Shown: in pieces, positions 17,686 through 27,284 of the stretch
How the letters are laid out: every line of letters starts with the position of its first letter
Position numbering within the stretch: position 1 is the first letter of the stretch
Virus record (IMG/VR): IMGVR_UViG_3300033121_001118
Location: 40-64,039 of that record
Reading direction: 5' to 3' (one strand)
From: a virus
Taxonomy: Duplodnaviria > Caudoviricetes
DNA length: 64,000 nucleotides
Made by a program: the position numbers and the translations under genes
The notes under the pieces: model-generated
What the model was told of the DNA's origin: nothing
Databases searched by the model: none
Seen by the model: the letters and a program-made list of their open reading frames with translations, nothing else

Positions 17686-18225
17686 CTAGCGAAGCTTGAG
17701 GCCGCCGGTAGTAGGCTTGGCTGCGGGCGGCTTAGCACCACCGTTGACAACTGCGGGGGTCTGGACGGCGATCGTCGGCTTGTCGTTCTTCTTCTTGAAC
17801 GCCGTGACGGCCTGGATCAAGGCCGGGTCTTCCGGGCCGTAGATCGTGGAGACCTGCGTCCGCATACTGCCGTTGTACTCCTCGTTGTAGACCTCAGCGA
17901 CAGCGGCCAGCCCGACCATCGACGGCTCGACCAAGATGTTCGTGTCGGGGTCGACCTCGAAGTTGACGGTGCCGTCAACTGAGAAGCCGAGGCTGCGCAT
18001 GATGCCCTTGAGGCGCCACTGAACGTTCGGCTTCAGCGAAGTGCGGAGCGTGATGTTCGAGCCCTCGCTCTCGCCCTCGGAGACCGTGAGGTTCCACTGG
18101 ACGTAGAGCGACTGCTTGTCGCTAGCTTCCTTCACTTCGACCTTGCCGATGACCACCGGGTAGAAGCCCGGCTCGAGGGTCGAGGATTCGTTGACAGTGC
18201 TGAAATCGATCGAGAAACCTGGCAT
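17686..18225 (-). CDS. DUF669-like ssDNA-binding protein
   Basis: LEPGFYPVVIGKVEVK ... EEYNG pattern; next to Sak4-like ATPase. Confidence 0.7.
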   Translation of the reverse strand: MPGFSIDFSTVNESSTLEPGFYPVVIGKVEVKEASDKQSLYVQWNLTVSEGESEGSNITLRTSLKPNVQWRLKGIMRSLGFSVDGTVNFEVDPDTNILVEPSMVGLAAVAEVYNEEYNGSMRTQVSTIYGPEDPALIQAVTAFKKKNDKPTIAVQTPAVVNGGAKPPAAKPTTGGLKLR

Positions 18226-18275
18226 GAGAAAATCTCCTCTTCGTAACTGAACGGGAACGGAATCGAGTGAAATGC

Positions 18276-18977
18276 TTACGTGATGTTCAACGCATCGAGC
18301 AGAGAGCCGATCGTTGGGTCGGGGAGTAACGACGGCGGCTCCACACCCATCGCTACCCGAGTCTTAGCACGAATCTTGGGCATGTTGTTCATGACCAGGA
18401 CACGGCTGACCGTCTTGTCCTCGTTGTCCATCAGGGCCAGGTAGGCCACGCACTCGAACAGGCCGAGGACTTCATCCGCGAACGAACCGGACAGTGCCGG
18501 CTTCTTGACGAGCCCTTCACGTACGTCCGTCTCTTCCTTGGCCAACGACGTGGCGAAGAAGTGCATCGGGAGATCACGGAAGGCCCGAACCAAGCGACGC
18601 ATCTGGACCAGTGCCGAGCCGTAGTCTTGCTGCTCGATGAGCGTCGGGTCTTGACGACTCCGACCAGTGTCCAGACGGGAAAGGAGAGCAGCGATGTGGG
18701 CTTCGGAGATCGAGTCCAACGCCACGCTCTTGTACTTGTGCTGTCCACGTGCGAGGAAGTCGCGAACTTCGTCGAACTCCTTCGGTGTGGTCACGCGGAC
18801 GACATCGATCTCTCGACCGACTAGGGAGCTGGTGCCCCCTTCGTAGTCGATCAGCAGCATCGGTGCTGTCCGCTCGTCATCGTTCGCCGAGGCGACGAGA
18901 CGTGTCTTCCCTTGCCCAGAAGGCCCATAGATGAGGACCTTCGCTTTGCGGTCTGTTGTAGGTTGCGAAATCTGCAT
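18276..18977 (-). CDS. Sak4-like AAA ATPase / ssDNA annealing protein
   Basis: LIYGPSGQGKT Walker A, VALDSISE, QDYG; start corrected from ORF track. Confidence 0.85.
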   Translation of the reverse strand: MQISQPTTDRKAKVLIYGPSGQGKTRLVASANDDERTAPMLLIDYEGGTSSLVGREIDVVRVTTPKEFDEVRDFLARGQHKYKSVALDSISEAHIAALLSRLDTGRSRQDPTLIEQQDYGSALVQMRRLVRAFRDLPMHFFATSLAKEETDVREGLVKKPALSGSFADEVLGLFECVAYLALMDNEDKTVSRVLVMNNMPKIRAKTRVAMGVEPPSLLPDPTIGSLLDALNIT

Positions 18978-19021
18978 AGACTGCCTTTCGTCGCTTCGAC
19001 TTTTGTTGCTCGGTGTTAACT

Positions 19022-19085
19022 CACATCTTAATTGTAGCGTATCAAGCTTAGACGGACATGAAGCGGAGATTAGAGGTTGCTTAGA
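19022..19085 (-). promoter_or_regulatory. Phased-repeat promoter, copy 5
   Basis: -10 TACAAT (19031-19036); units at 19046, 19057, 19068, 19079. Confidence 0.7.
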
Positions 19086-19380
19086 AGTCTTCGTCGTCCC
19101 CGTTCTCAGTCTCCAGCTCGAGCTCTTCCCGTTGTTCGTCTGTGAGCTCTTCGACGACGACCTCGATCTCCTCGAGAACTGCATCGCAGCCTCCGGGACA
19201 GCCGTGATCGCCGAGCTTCCTCGAGAACCGACCACAGCAGGGGGATCGATGGTTGCCCGAGTCACTTTCGCTCCTCAAGAAAGTGCTACCGCAGCCCGGA
19301 CACTCGTACCGAGGGTCGTCGGTGGGCTCTTTATAGAGCGTCTCGCAGTCGGGACATCGCCATACTCGCATCGTTGTCAT
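19081..19380 (-). CDS. Zn-ribbon protein with acidic tail
   Basis: CPDC, CPGC, PCC, CPGGC. Confidence 0.65.
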   Translation of the reverse strand: MTTMRVWRCPDCETLYKEPTDDPRYECPGCGSTFLRSESDSGNHRSPCCGRFSRKLGDHGCPGGCDAVLEEIEVVVEELTDEQREELELETENGDDEDF

Positions 19381-20396
19381 TTGTAGTCGTCCTCCCATCG
19401 AACGAACCGATTGTCCATGATCGCTTCATAATCGCCACCCTCGTCTAGCACCTTGCACGGAGCTAGGAACGGGCAGTAGCTGCACGTGAATGTCGACGGG
19501 GACGGGTAGCCCTCAATCGACGGGTTCGTGACGATCGCTTGGATGTCACGGAGCTTCGTGGCGCATCGCTTCTCGAAGGCTTCGAGCTCTTCGTTCGTTC
19601 GAGAGGAGGCGACACGAGCAAAGTACGGATCCCAACCTCGCTCTTCGAGCTCTTGAAGGATCGGGGCGTAGTCGCTCTCCTTCAGACCCAGCTCAGCGAT
19701 CTTCGCTCGATAGAGGGCGGCCGTTGTGGACTGTCCCTTCGCCTTCGACAGTCCCCCGCTCTTCAAGACTTCGGGCTCTTTCGGCATAGACTTGACCACG
19801 ACGTTGTAGACCACCGCTTCGGGAATCTCTCCGTACAGCTGCTTAACCGCCCAGCTGTAGGCGGTGATCTGCTCGTCGACGTCCAGACCAGATAGCGTCG
19901 GCTTCGACGACATCGTCTTGTGGTCCACGACCAAGAGCCCGCCTGTCGGGGCCCGGAGGACGAGGTCGATCCGTCCCGAGAGAGCGTACGTCGGGTTCGA
20001 CGGTAGCTTAATCTTGAACGGACGCTCGACGGTGATGACCTCGCCGTTCAGTCGCCACTCAGCGTCGTAGATCGAGTAGTTGTACACGTACCCGACCGCT
20101 TCCTCGGCTTGGTCCATCAAGAGGTTGTAGACGTCACTGAACGGGAACTGATGCTTCAGCTTGTCACACTCCGTGGTCGCGTACTTCTTCATCGCCTCGA
20201 AAGCTGCGTCGAACGATCGGTCTTGACGATAGTACGCATCCAGCCCAGCATGCACGACCTGACCGATCCAGAGAGGCTTCGGCGGAACGGCCTGTCGCCA
20301 GATGCGGTTGAAAAGCCACTGACGACGACAAGACGAAAATCCCGAGATGTCGGAGACGCTAGCTTTGAACGGTTGAGGCGACTTCGGCGTGGCCAT
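19377..20396 (-). CDS. PD-(D/E)XK RecB/Cas4-like exonuclease
   Basis: SDISGFSSCRRQW, GQVVHAGL, GRIDLV, VVDHKT, QITAYS, CSYCPF. Confidence 0.88.
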   Translation of the reverse strand: MATPKSPQPFKASVSDISGFSSCRRQWLFNRIWRQAVPPKPLWIGQVVHAGLDAYYRQDRSFDAAFEAMKKYATTECDKLKHQFPFSDVYNLLMDQAEEAVGYVYNYSIYDAEWRLNGEVITVERPFKIKLPSNPTYALSGRIDLVLRAPTGGLLVVDHKTMSSKPTLSGLDVDEQITAYSWAVKQLYGEIPEAVVYNVVVKSMPKEPEVLKSGGLSKAKGQSTTAALYRAKIAELGLKESDYAPILQELEERGWDPYFARVASSRTNEELEAFEKRCATKLRDIQAIVTNPSIEGYPSPSTFTCSYCPFLAPCKVLDEGGDYEAIMDNRFVRWEDDYK

Positions 20397-20745
20397 TGAC
20401 GAGACCTTTCGTGAACTGATAGTAGGCGCCCAGACCGTAGGCGTCACGTTGGTGGATGGACGGCAGATCGGGAATCGATCGCGTAGTCATGACAGGCTTC
20501 CACGTCCCCGGCCCGATCAAGATAGCATCGGGGAACCACGTCTTGAGGGTCGTGACGACTCGGGCCAGAACGGGCTCGACCTTCTCTGGCAGACGCTCCA
20601 TCACGATCACATCGGCCAGGAGTGCCGTCGTCGTCAGAGACGAGAGGGAATGCTCGGCCAAGGTGTGAGCTTGAAGGACTGACCCGTCGCTCTCCAAGAG
20701 CACCACGCCCGTCGAGATGCCGGGATCGATTGCTAGGACTCTCAT
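20359..20745 (-). CDS. RuvC-like Holliday junction resolvase
   Basis: VLAIDPGISTG, VIVME, HQRDA. Confidence 0.75.
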   Translation of the reverse strand: MRVLAIDPGISTGVVLLESDGSVLQAHTLAEHSLSSLTTTALLADVIVMERLPEKVEPVLARVVTTLKTWFPDAILIGPGTWKPVMTTRSIPDLPSIHQRDAYGLGAYYQFTKGLVNGHAEVASTVQS

Positions 20746-22280
20746 ACTAGGAACTCCTTGATCAGCTGATCGTTTGTCAAGCGTTCGAGACTGAACGACT
20801 TATCGGCGAGGTTCTCGATGATCTTGGCCTCGATCGAGTCGGTCGTCACCAGCTTCATGACGACGGGAGTGTGATCCAGACCGATTCGATGAACCCGGTT
20901 GACGCTCTGGAGGAGATCGTCGAAGTTGTACGTGAGGTCGAAGTAGATCATCGTCCAGGCGTTCGTCAGGGTCAAGCCGTACTTCCCGACCGAGACGCCC
21001 ATGATCAAGAAATCGAGCCCGTTGTTCCGGAACCGCTCGAGGATCGTCGCTCGATCTGCTTCGGAGGTCTCGCCCATGATCATCTCGACGTCTTGCTCCT
21101 CTTCGACGAGCATGTCGTAGATCTGGGCCGTGGTGACGACGAAGCGTGCCCAGATGATGCACGGCGTCTGGATCATCCCGTCTCGAACGAGACTCCGGAG
21201 AGCATCGAGTTTGGCTGAGTCCGGCTCCGAGGAGACTGTCCCGAGCGAGCTCGCAACTTGACAGAGGCGAACCAGCTGGGAGATCTTGGACGTGACGGGC
21301 ATCAAGCTGGTGCCGAGATCGAGGATGAACTGGTCGCGGACCTTGTCGTAGACCTCGCGTTGACGCTTGGTCATATCGACCCACACCGTTTCATACGCAA
21401 GCTCGGGGATATCAAGACCGGCTTCCTCTTTCGAGACCGAGAGCAAGATGTCCGAGAAGTCCTCGCGGGGCTCGATGGTCGGGTTGGAGCCGACGACGAC
21501 TGTCCCGAAGTTCGTCTCCTGGACGATGCAGTACTCGTTCACGAAGCGCCAGTAGCTTGAGTAGCCCTGCGAGTAGATCAGATTCAGCTGACTCCAGAGG
21601 TCGCTGATGTCCCGCGTGATGGGTGCACCCGAGAGCAACCAGAGCCGATTCGTTCGATGTCGAATCTTCTTGAGAGCCTTGAACCGCTTCGTGTCGCGAT
21701 TCTTGATCATGATCGACTCGTCGATGATGATGAGATCCCACTTCCGATCGAACAGGTCGACGTTCCTCGTGAAGAAGTCGTAGTTCGTCACGAACCATCG
21801 AGAGTCGAACTTCCCCTGTCGGCTGCGAACCTCCTGTGTGGAATCGCCCTTCTTCGACCAGCGATGAATCTCATGACGCCAGGTCGGCAGGAGCGTGAGA
21901 ATGGTCACGACCAAGATCTTCTGAGCATTGATGAGATCAGCAGCCACGATCGAGGTTGCGGTCTTGCCCAATCCCGGTGCGAACGAGAGGATGCCGTCTC
22001 GTGTCGACAAGAAGCCGACCCCGTTGTTCTGGTGGGCGAACAAACGGTCGTCGTAGACGTCATCGCACGTTCGATCCCAAGCCATCCTGATCACGTCGTT
22101 CGACAGGGTCAGGTCTCGGGGGAATCTCCGACGAATCTGCTCGACCGAAGCGTAGGTTCGAGCGAGAGTGAAGCTCCCCGGGACGACCTCCTTGCCGCCC
22201 AGGGAGTGTAGCACTTCTCGCTGAAGCTTCGTTCGAACGTCTTCGACTAGAAGATGCTTCGGCGTGAGAGAAGCTTTCAT
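20742..22280 (-). CDS. SNF2-family helicase
   Basis: PGLGKT, IIDES, LSGAP, QSVNRVHRIG. Confidence 0.9.
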   Translation of the reverse strand: MKASLTPKHLLVEDVRTKLQREVLHSLGGKEVVPGSFTLARTYASVEQIRRRFPRDLTLSNDVIRMAWDRTCDDVYDDRLFAHQNNGVGFLSTRDGILSFAPGLGKTATSIVAADLINAQKILVVTILTLLPTWRHEIHRWSKKGDSTQEVRSRQGKFDSRWFVTNYDFFTRNVDLFDRKWDLIIIDESIMIKNRDTKRFKALKKIRHRTNRLWLLSGAPITRDISDLWSQLNLIYSQGYSSYWRFVNEYCIVQETNFGTVVVGSNPTIEPREDFSDILLSVSKEEAGLDIPELAYETVWVDMTKRQREVYDKVRDQFILDLGTSLMPVTSKISQLVRLCQVASSLGTVSSEPDSAKLDALRSLVRDGMIQTPCIIWARFVVTTAQIYDMLVEEEQDVEMIMGETSEADRATILERFRNNGLDFLIMGVSVGKYGLTLTNAWTMIYFDLTYNFDDLLQSVNRVHRIGLDHTPVVMKLVTTDSIEAKIIENLADKSFSLERLTNDQLIKEFLV

Positions 22281-22759
22281 TCGCTCAGGTCCACTCCTTG
22301 AGCTACCATCTCGTCGACGGTGATGGGCGACGGGTGGTCCGGCAAGTCCCGGCAGGCCAGGATGGAGCGGAGAGAGGCGAGGATCATGATCTGGGCCATC
22401 ATGACGCTGGACAGTGCGATGCCGATCCCGAAGACGGGGTCGCTATCGGACACCTCAGGCTGAGCTTCGCCGAGGGGCGTGATGGAGATCTCCATCAAGG
22501 CCTGGGTCGCGTAGATAGCCCCGTCGATCGCCTCTTGATACGCTTCCTTGATCGGGTCCGACGTGTCGAAGGGCCGGAGCGGAACGCCGTACTTCTGGAG
22601 CCCGTACTCTGCACGTGCTTGGATGTCAGCGAGGACTTCCCCGACGAAAGGCGGCTCCAGTCTCTTGATCATCGCATCCAAGACCTCGACCACGGGTGGG
22701 AGATAGGGTGCATCGTCGGTCTGTCGAGCAGGTGTGTTGGTCGTCGTGTAATCTGGCAT
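22277..22759 (-). CDS. Putative all-alpha nucleotide pyrophosphohydrolase
   Basis: RAEYGLQKYG...EAYQEAIDGAIY resembles phage NTP-PPase-like proteins. Confidence 0.45.
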   Translation of the reverse strand: MPDYTTTNTPARQTDDAPYLPPVVEVLDAMIKRLEPPFVGEVLADIQARAEYGLQKYGVPLRPFDTSDPIKEAYQEAIDGAIYATQALMEISITPLGEAQPEVSDSDPVFGIGIALSSVMMAQIMILASLRSILACRDLPDHPSPITVDEMVAQGVDLSE

Positions 22760-22825
22760 GTTGATCCCTCGAGAGAACAAGGCCTGGCCGGAGGTCGTCC
22801 GACCAGACCGCCTTTGGTAGGTAGG

Positions 22826-23899
22826 TTACTTGCTGCCCTTCTTGCTGCGGGAAGGCCGCTTGGGAGTCGACACGACCGAAACCGTATCGAACTCATTCGG
22901 GTTGGCCATGTAGTCGACCATCGTCGTGAAGGCCCGTTCCGAGATCTTAGCACGCTCGCCAGCGATCATGTCGTAGCCGGCTGCAGCCGAGCTGGAGCGG
23001 TACTGCTCGAGCTCACAAGCGGCGTTGAAGAGGCCCCACGCCGTGCCCTTGGCTGCACGAGTGTCCTGCCCGACGCCTGCGCCGTTGAAGACTGCCTTCA
23101 GCTGACGACGGCGAAGCTTCGCCTGGTCGAGGTACCACTCATAGTCCTGTATCCGACGAGCCATCGTCTCGATGTTCGGGTGATTGCCCGGGAGGTTGGG
23201 GTCGGCGTAGATCTTCGATGCGATCGAATCGAGGGCACCGCTGGCGATCTGCGTCTCCGTCATCCGGACGAAGACGTCGCGGATCTCTTCCGTCTTCTTC
23301 TCGACGCGACCCATCAGCTCCTTCATCCAGGCGCCGAGGTTCTCAGCTGCGCTATCGTCGTGGCGAATGCGGTAGGTCTCTGACGACTGACGCTTGGCGG
23401 CCATCAACGTGTTCTTGCAGACGGCCCTGACCTGGGTGATGCGAATCGAGAGAGCCTCACCACCGGTGTAGGGCGAGATCGTGAGCATGTAGTTCTCGAC
23501 CTCGTCGCCTGCTACGTCGAACTTGGGGAGCATCGTGCTGAAGAAGAAGGTCTCGCCGTCTCTGAGAGCCGCCATCGTCTCGATCGGAGCCGAGACGTTA
23601 TCGTCGTAGATCTGGCAGAGTGTCGCCGGATCGATGAGACGGTACTCGGGGCCAACCACGCCCAGGAGCTTCGGCTCGGGATCCGCGGGAACAGGGTGAC
23701 GGAAGATGCCACGCTGAGCCGTCTCGTACTTTTGTCCGAGGAACTCGGCGTAGAGGGGCTCTAACGTGAGAACGTAGGGCATCGTGTGTGCGTGAGCTTC
23801 CTGGGCGCCCATCGGCGTCTCGGAGACGAAGCCGTAACGATGCCACGCCGGCTTGCGAAAGCTGTAAAACGCTTGCCCGAAGGCGATGTCGTCTGACAT
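22826..23899 (-). CDS. DUF932 family phage/plasmid protein
   Basis: RKPAWHRYG, LRDGETFF, RAVCKNT, IRHD, GTAWGLFNA. Confidence 0.8.
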   Translation of the reverse strand: MSDDIAFGQAFYSFRKPAWHRYGFVSETPMGAQEAHAHTMPYVLTLEPLYAEFLGQKYETAQRGIFRHPVPADPEPKLLGVVGPEYRLIDPATLCQIYDDNVSAPIETMAALRDGETFFFSTMLPKFDVAGDEVENYMLTISPYTGGEALSIRITQVRAVCKNTLMAAKRQSSETYRIRHDDSAAENLGAWMKELMGRVEKKTEEIRDVFVRMTETQIASGALDSIASKIYADPNLPGNHPNIETMARRIQDYEWYLDQAKLRRRQLKAVFNGAGVGQDTRAAKGTAWGLFNAACELEQYRSSSAAAGYDMIAGERAKISERAFTTMVDYMANPNEFDTVSVVSTPKRPSRSKKGSK

Positions 23900-23937
23900 G
23901 AGAGTGCTCCTTGAGAGGGCTTGGAACGAACCATCTA

Positions 23938-24000
23938 CCTCTTCATTATAGCGTGTCAAGGTTAGACACACCTGAAGGGTAGATTAGAGGACGTTAAGAG
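23938..24000 (-). promoter_or_regulatory. Phased-repeat promoter, copy 6
   Basis: -10 TATAAT (23945-23950); units at 23960, 23971, 23982, 23993. Confidence 0.75.
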
Positions 24001-24009
24001 TCTCTCGAG

Positions 24010-24120
24010 CTAGAACTTACCGAGCAGTCTCAAGATCGCCAGACCGACACAGCAGATCACGATCAGTGCGAGGGTACCTTCACGAGGATCGGAAAAGAGG
24101 CGTTGGATGGTACGAATCAT
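24010..24120 (-). CDS. 36-aa single-TM peptide (not in ORF track)
   Basis: MIRTIQRLFSDPREGTLALIVICCVGLAILRLLGKF. Confidence 0.5.
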   Translation of the reverse strand: MIRTIQRLFSDPREGTLALIVICCVGLAILRLLGKF

Positions 24121-24125
24121 GATGG

Positions 24126-24596
24126 CTACTTCCTACGTCGACCGAACAGCACGAGTGCAAACATCAAGGCGATGACTATCGCTCCGACGATAACTGACAT
24201 CGTCCATTGAACAGCATGAGTAACGCCGTCTATCACAGCGTCTGTCGCTGATGCTACAGGATCGAGAACTGCAGCAGCAGGGACTTCACTTGGACGTGAC
24301 GAGAAGAGGTCCGCTACCCACAAGTCGAACCCTGTCACGTAGATTACGATCCCGATCAAGACGATCCCGAGGAGCAGCAAGAGCAACTTCTTCGGGAGAC
24401 GCCAACGTCGCTTTCGCTTGTAGCCGAGAACCTGTTGGAAGATCGACTGGGCCTCAGCAGGAGCACGAACAGCTAGACCGCCCGTCTCGGGGTCAGGGCG
24501 GGTGTCAAACGGGAAGTTCGCAGACGACAACTCCCGAAGGAGCCTCGGGACTCTCTCGGGAGGGACTCGAACGATGATGACTTGGCTCTCTGTCAC
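24126..24596 (-). CDS. Membrane protein, 2 TM
   Basis: GGAGG RBS plus GTG; two hydrophobic segments with basic flanks. Confidence 0.7.
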   Translation of the reverse strand: MTESQVIIVRVPPERVPRLLRELSSANFPFDTRPDPETGGLAVRAPAEAQSIFQQVLGYKRKRRWRLPKKLLLLLLGIVLIGIVIYVTGFDLWVADLFSSRPSEVPAAAVLDPVASATDAVIDGVTHAVQWTMSVIVGAIVIALMFALVLFGRRRK

Positions 24597-24606
24597 GATC
24601 GACCTC

Positions 24607-24996
24607 CTACTTGCACGTGCCGTCTGTCTGCATCTGCTGGGACGGGTCGACGCAGAATCGAGCCCCGTCGATCGGCGAGATGTAGACCGTATTTCGATCG
24701 CCATCGATCCGAGTCTGCGATGTGGTCGTGTTCGTTGTCACGGTCGTCTGGTCTCCGACGTTGATGGTGCAGGCGTTCGCACCCACGCAGTCGAAGTTGT
24801 TCACGTCGCTGAACAGGTTCAGCTGATTGTCACTCATCACGTGATTCCCCGAGAAGACCTGGGCGGTGTCATTCCCGGGTGAGTCGGTCGTTCTCTTGGC
24901 TGACCTCAACGCTGCCACGACCAGTAGACAGCAGATGAGAGCGATGAACAGGATACCGAAAAAGCCACAGCCAGACTTTGCCGACGATTCATCCAC
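24607..24996 (-). CDS. Membrane-anchored protein with N-terminal TM
   Basis: GCGFFGILFIALICCLLVVAAL then N/T-rich domain. Confidence 0.7.
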   Translation of the reverse strand: MDESSAKSGCGFFGILFIALICCLLVVAALRSAKRTTDSPGNDTAQVFSGNHVMSDNQLNLFSDVNNFDCVGANACTINVGDQTTVTTNTTTSQTRIDGDRNTVYISPIDGARFCVDPSQQMQTDGTCK

Positions 24997-25008
24997 GATG
25001 CGATCTCC

Positions 25009-25293
25009 TTAATCTTCTTCGGGGAGCTTCTTCTTCCCCTTGCTCTTGCTCTTGATCTCGGCTAATCGCCTCAGCTCCTCTTCTGGGTCGTACAGGCCCT
25101 GCTTGAACAGCTCCCACGTGTTACTCAGTTTCGCAAAGTCCGAGAATGCGATTGTAGCTCTCTTCTCGTCACCAGAGAGCTTCTTGACTGCGACTGGGAT
25201 GGAGTCCGCAGCCTTCGGACTGTGTTCGACGACCTCCTTCTGGAGCGTATCGCCATTGATCGTGATTCTGTAGCTTTTCGTGTTTCCAGCCAT
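25009..25293 (-). CDS. Hypothetical basic protein
   Basis: Native codons; follows long structured leader. Confidence 0.7.
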   Translation of the reverse strand: MAGNTKSYRITINGDTLQKEVVEHSPKAADSIPVAVKKLSGDEKRATIAFSDFAKLSNTWELFKQGLYDPEEELRRLAEIKSKSKGKKKLPEED

Positions 25294-25294
25294 C

Positions 25295-25465
25295 TGTGAT
25301 CTCGTCTTAGTCGGGTCTGTCGTGTCGGACTGCTGTTCGTAGCTTTCTCACTGCATGTCCTTCACGACAGACCTGACAGGTGATGCCCCTTAAGTCCTCT
25401 CCGGTCAGACTCGTGGGTGCGGTATGATGGGGCTTAAGTTGTGGACCTGGCACACAGCCCCTTCT
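25295..25465 (-). ncRNA. Structured 5' leader or small RNA
   Basis: 11-bp inverted repeat 25314-25324/25363-25373 with inner GGAC/GTCC and TGC/GCA pairs; GGGGCT/AGCCCC stem; no ORF. Confidence 0.4.
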
Positions 25466-25520
25466 CTCCTAATTATAACGGAGGCCGACGGGGAGAAACC
25501 TTAAAATTAGATTAAAATTT
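25465..25520 (-). promoter_or_regulatory. Phased-repeat promoter, copy 7 (AT-rich variant)
   Basis: -10 TATAAT (~25472-25477); TTAAAATTAGATTAAAA upstream units. Confidence 0.6.
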
Positions 25521-25545
25521 GAGAGGCTCATCTCAGATGTCGTTT

Positions 25546-25598
25546 CATCGACCCTACGGTAGCATAGCATCGACCCTATACGGCCACGGGGGTCGACG
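25546..25598. repeat. CRTCGACCC repeat cluster A
   Basis: CATCGACCCTA at 25546 and 25568; inverted copy at ~25588. Confidence 0.65.
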
Positions 25599-25604
25599 AC
25601 CAAT

Positions 25605-25642
25605 GAAGACAAAGGAGAACCGTACCTTTCGGTACGGCCTCC
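25605..25642 (-). terminator. Rho-independent terminator
   Basis: GGAGGCCGTACC-GAAA-GGTACGGTTCTCC followed by TTTGTCTT. Confidence 0.8.
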
Positions 25643-25657
25643 TTGCTGCTTCGCTGC

Positions 25658-26323
25658 TTACCGGATGGCCTTCGCAAGAGCCATCTGACGTGCCTCCTCC
25701 TTGGAGAACCCTGTGCTGAAGTACGTGCTCGACCACATCCGCTCCTCCAGCCGGTCCTTACACTGCCAAGTGACGTACACGCTCACCTTCGCGGTGTAGC
25801 TGAAGTCGATCTCGTTGTACTTCTCGTTGTACACTGTGCCACTGACGTCTCTCCAGACGTCGCCGTCTTCCCAGGCTACGCTTACGAAATCGAGGACGTT
25901 GTGGTTGCCTGTCCACCGCTCCGTGATCTTGAGGTTCTCCAGGAACATTGCCGTGGTCCCCATCTTCTTCACGTTTGCGATCGACCGCTCCGCTTCGTCC
26001 CGGATGAACTGCTTGGTCCAAGCTTCGACCTCAGCCTTCTGCTTCGCTACGACCTCTTCGTTGTGCTTGGTCAACCACTCGTCGGTCTCGTTGCCTGCTC
26101 GGCTGTACCAGCTCTCCGCAACCTGCAGTGCCAGCTGCTTGCTGTACCAGGGGTTCGGTGTCGCCTGACCATCGCTGTGCAGGAGGACCCAGAACCCTGC
26201 TACGGTGCTCTCGGGCTGATCGATCTGTGCACTCGCCGTGCCGTCCTTGTGGACGTTCTTGATGGTCGCGGCCAAGAGCCTGCCGTTCCGGACCTTGATG
26301 ATAACCTGCTCGTTGCGTTTCAT
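25658..26323 (-). CDS. Hypothetical protein
   Basis: GAGGAG RBS, native codons. Confidence 0.75.
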   Translation of the reverse strand: MKRNEQVIIKVRNGRLLAATIKNVHKDGTASAQIDQPESTVAGFWVLLHSDGQATPNPWYSKQLALQVAESWYSRAGNETDEWLTKHNEEVVAKQKAEVEAWTKQFIRDEAERSIANVKKMGTTAMFLENLKITERWTGNHNVLDFVSVAWEDGDVWRDVSGTVYNEKYNEIDFSYTAKVSVYVTWQCKDRLEERMWSSTYFSTGFSKEEARQMALAKAIR

Positions 26324-26361
26324 GACTCGATCTCCTCTTTGCTACCTGCTTGAAAACTACC

Positions 26362-26425
26362 GTTCTCTTAATGATAACGGACCAAGATAAACCCCCGATT
26401 AAGACAAGATTAGAGAACGATTAGT
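26362..26425 (-). promoter_or_regulatory. Phased-repeat promoter, copy 8
   Basis: -10 TATCAT (26371-26376); units at 26386, 26397, 26408, 26419. Confidence 0.8.
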
Positions 26426-26478
26426 GTTCACGAGACAGACGAAGACGTCGTCTCTCGACGACGTCTCCTTCGCTGTAG

Positions 26479-26673
26479 CTAGAGAATCTTCCAGACGCCC
26501 TTCCCGTCTTGGACGAGTGTCACGGTCGACTTGTAGCCGCTCTTCCACTCGAGAAGGACTCTGTCGCCACTCTTGCAATCCGTTCGTTTGGCGATCGTGT
26601 TGATCGTCTTCGACTTCGCCGGGCCGTCCGCAACCTGTGCTGACTTCTTGTTTGAGAGGTTTGTCGCTTTCAT
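26479..26673 (-). CDS. Small basic hypothetical protein
   Basis: AGGAG RBS before MKATNL. Confidence 0.6.
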   Translation of the reverse strand: MKATNLSNKKSAQVADGPAKSKTINTIAKRTDCKSGDRVLLEWKSGYKSTVTLVQDGKGVWKIL

Positions 26674-26687
26674 CTCGATTGCTCCTG

Positions 26688-26834
26688 TTAGAACCCTGTC
26701 GTCCCTTGCAGCAGCTCCGGCATCAAGCCGATCGCCAAGACTGCGAGGACTACGAAGACGATGAGGACGATGCACCCCGGGGGGATGCCAGCTGGGTCGC
26801 CTTCGACTGGTGCGTTGTTGTTGATGTCGCTCAT
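26688..26834 (-). CDS. 48-aa single-TM peptide (not in ORF track)
   Basis: MSDINNNAP...GCIVLIVFVVLAVLAIGLMPELL; AGGAG RBS. Confidence 0.55.
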   Translation of the reverse strand: MSDINNNAPVEGDPAGIPPGCIVLIVFVVLAVLAIGLMPELLQGTTGF

Positions 26835-26889
26835 TGATCGCTGCTCCTGTGAATAGGGGAGGGCCGATGCTACGTCCCTCCCTCGCTGC

Positions 26890-27231
26890 TTACTCGACGT
26901 CGCTGAACCAACCGGTGGACTCGATGAACTTCACGACTGCTTCCACGATCGACGGGGCCTGGCCGGACGTCGACCCCCACGACCCCGTCCGCGGATCGTA
27001 ATCCGCCATTCCCACGCTGTACATCCCGACCCCGTACATCTCCGCATCCCACTTGGCCGTTGCGATCGTCGTTCGGGCGTTGCCTGCCTTGTCGGTCCAC
27101 TGCCAGATGGTCGTGCCGTCGGGCAGACCTTCGGGCTTCTCTACGACGTTGACCATCGCGAGGTCCTTCACGCGGGTGAGTCGAGCTTCGAGCTCTTCTG
27201 CGGTCATGTTCAAATACTTGCTGCGTGCCAT
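26890..27231 (-). CDS. Hypothetical protein
   Basis: GAGGAGACGAACGATG start motif. Confidence 0.75.
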   Translation of the reverse strand: MARSKYLNMTAEELEARLTRVKDLAMVNVVEKPEGLPDGTTIWQWTDKAGNARTTIATAKWDAEMYGVGMYSVGMADYDPRTGSWGSTSGQAPSIVEAVVKFIESTGWFSDVE

Positions 27232-27284
27232 CGTTCGTCTCCTCTTGATGATTGGGGTCGCCGTCTCCGACGACCCCGTGAACT

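Noticed and set aside
22298-23383. Long antisense ORFs (also 14831-15616, 37731-38780, 45319-46236, 50444-51277)
   Set aside because: Shadows of real genes on the opposite strand caused by codon bias; no RBS or motifs
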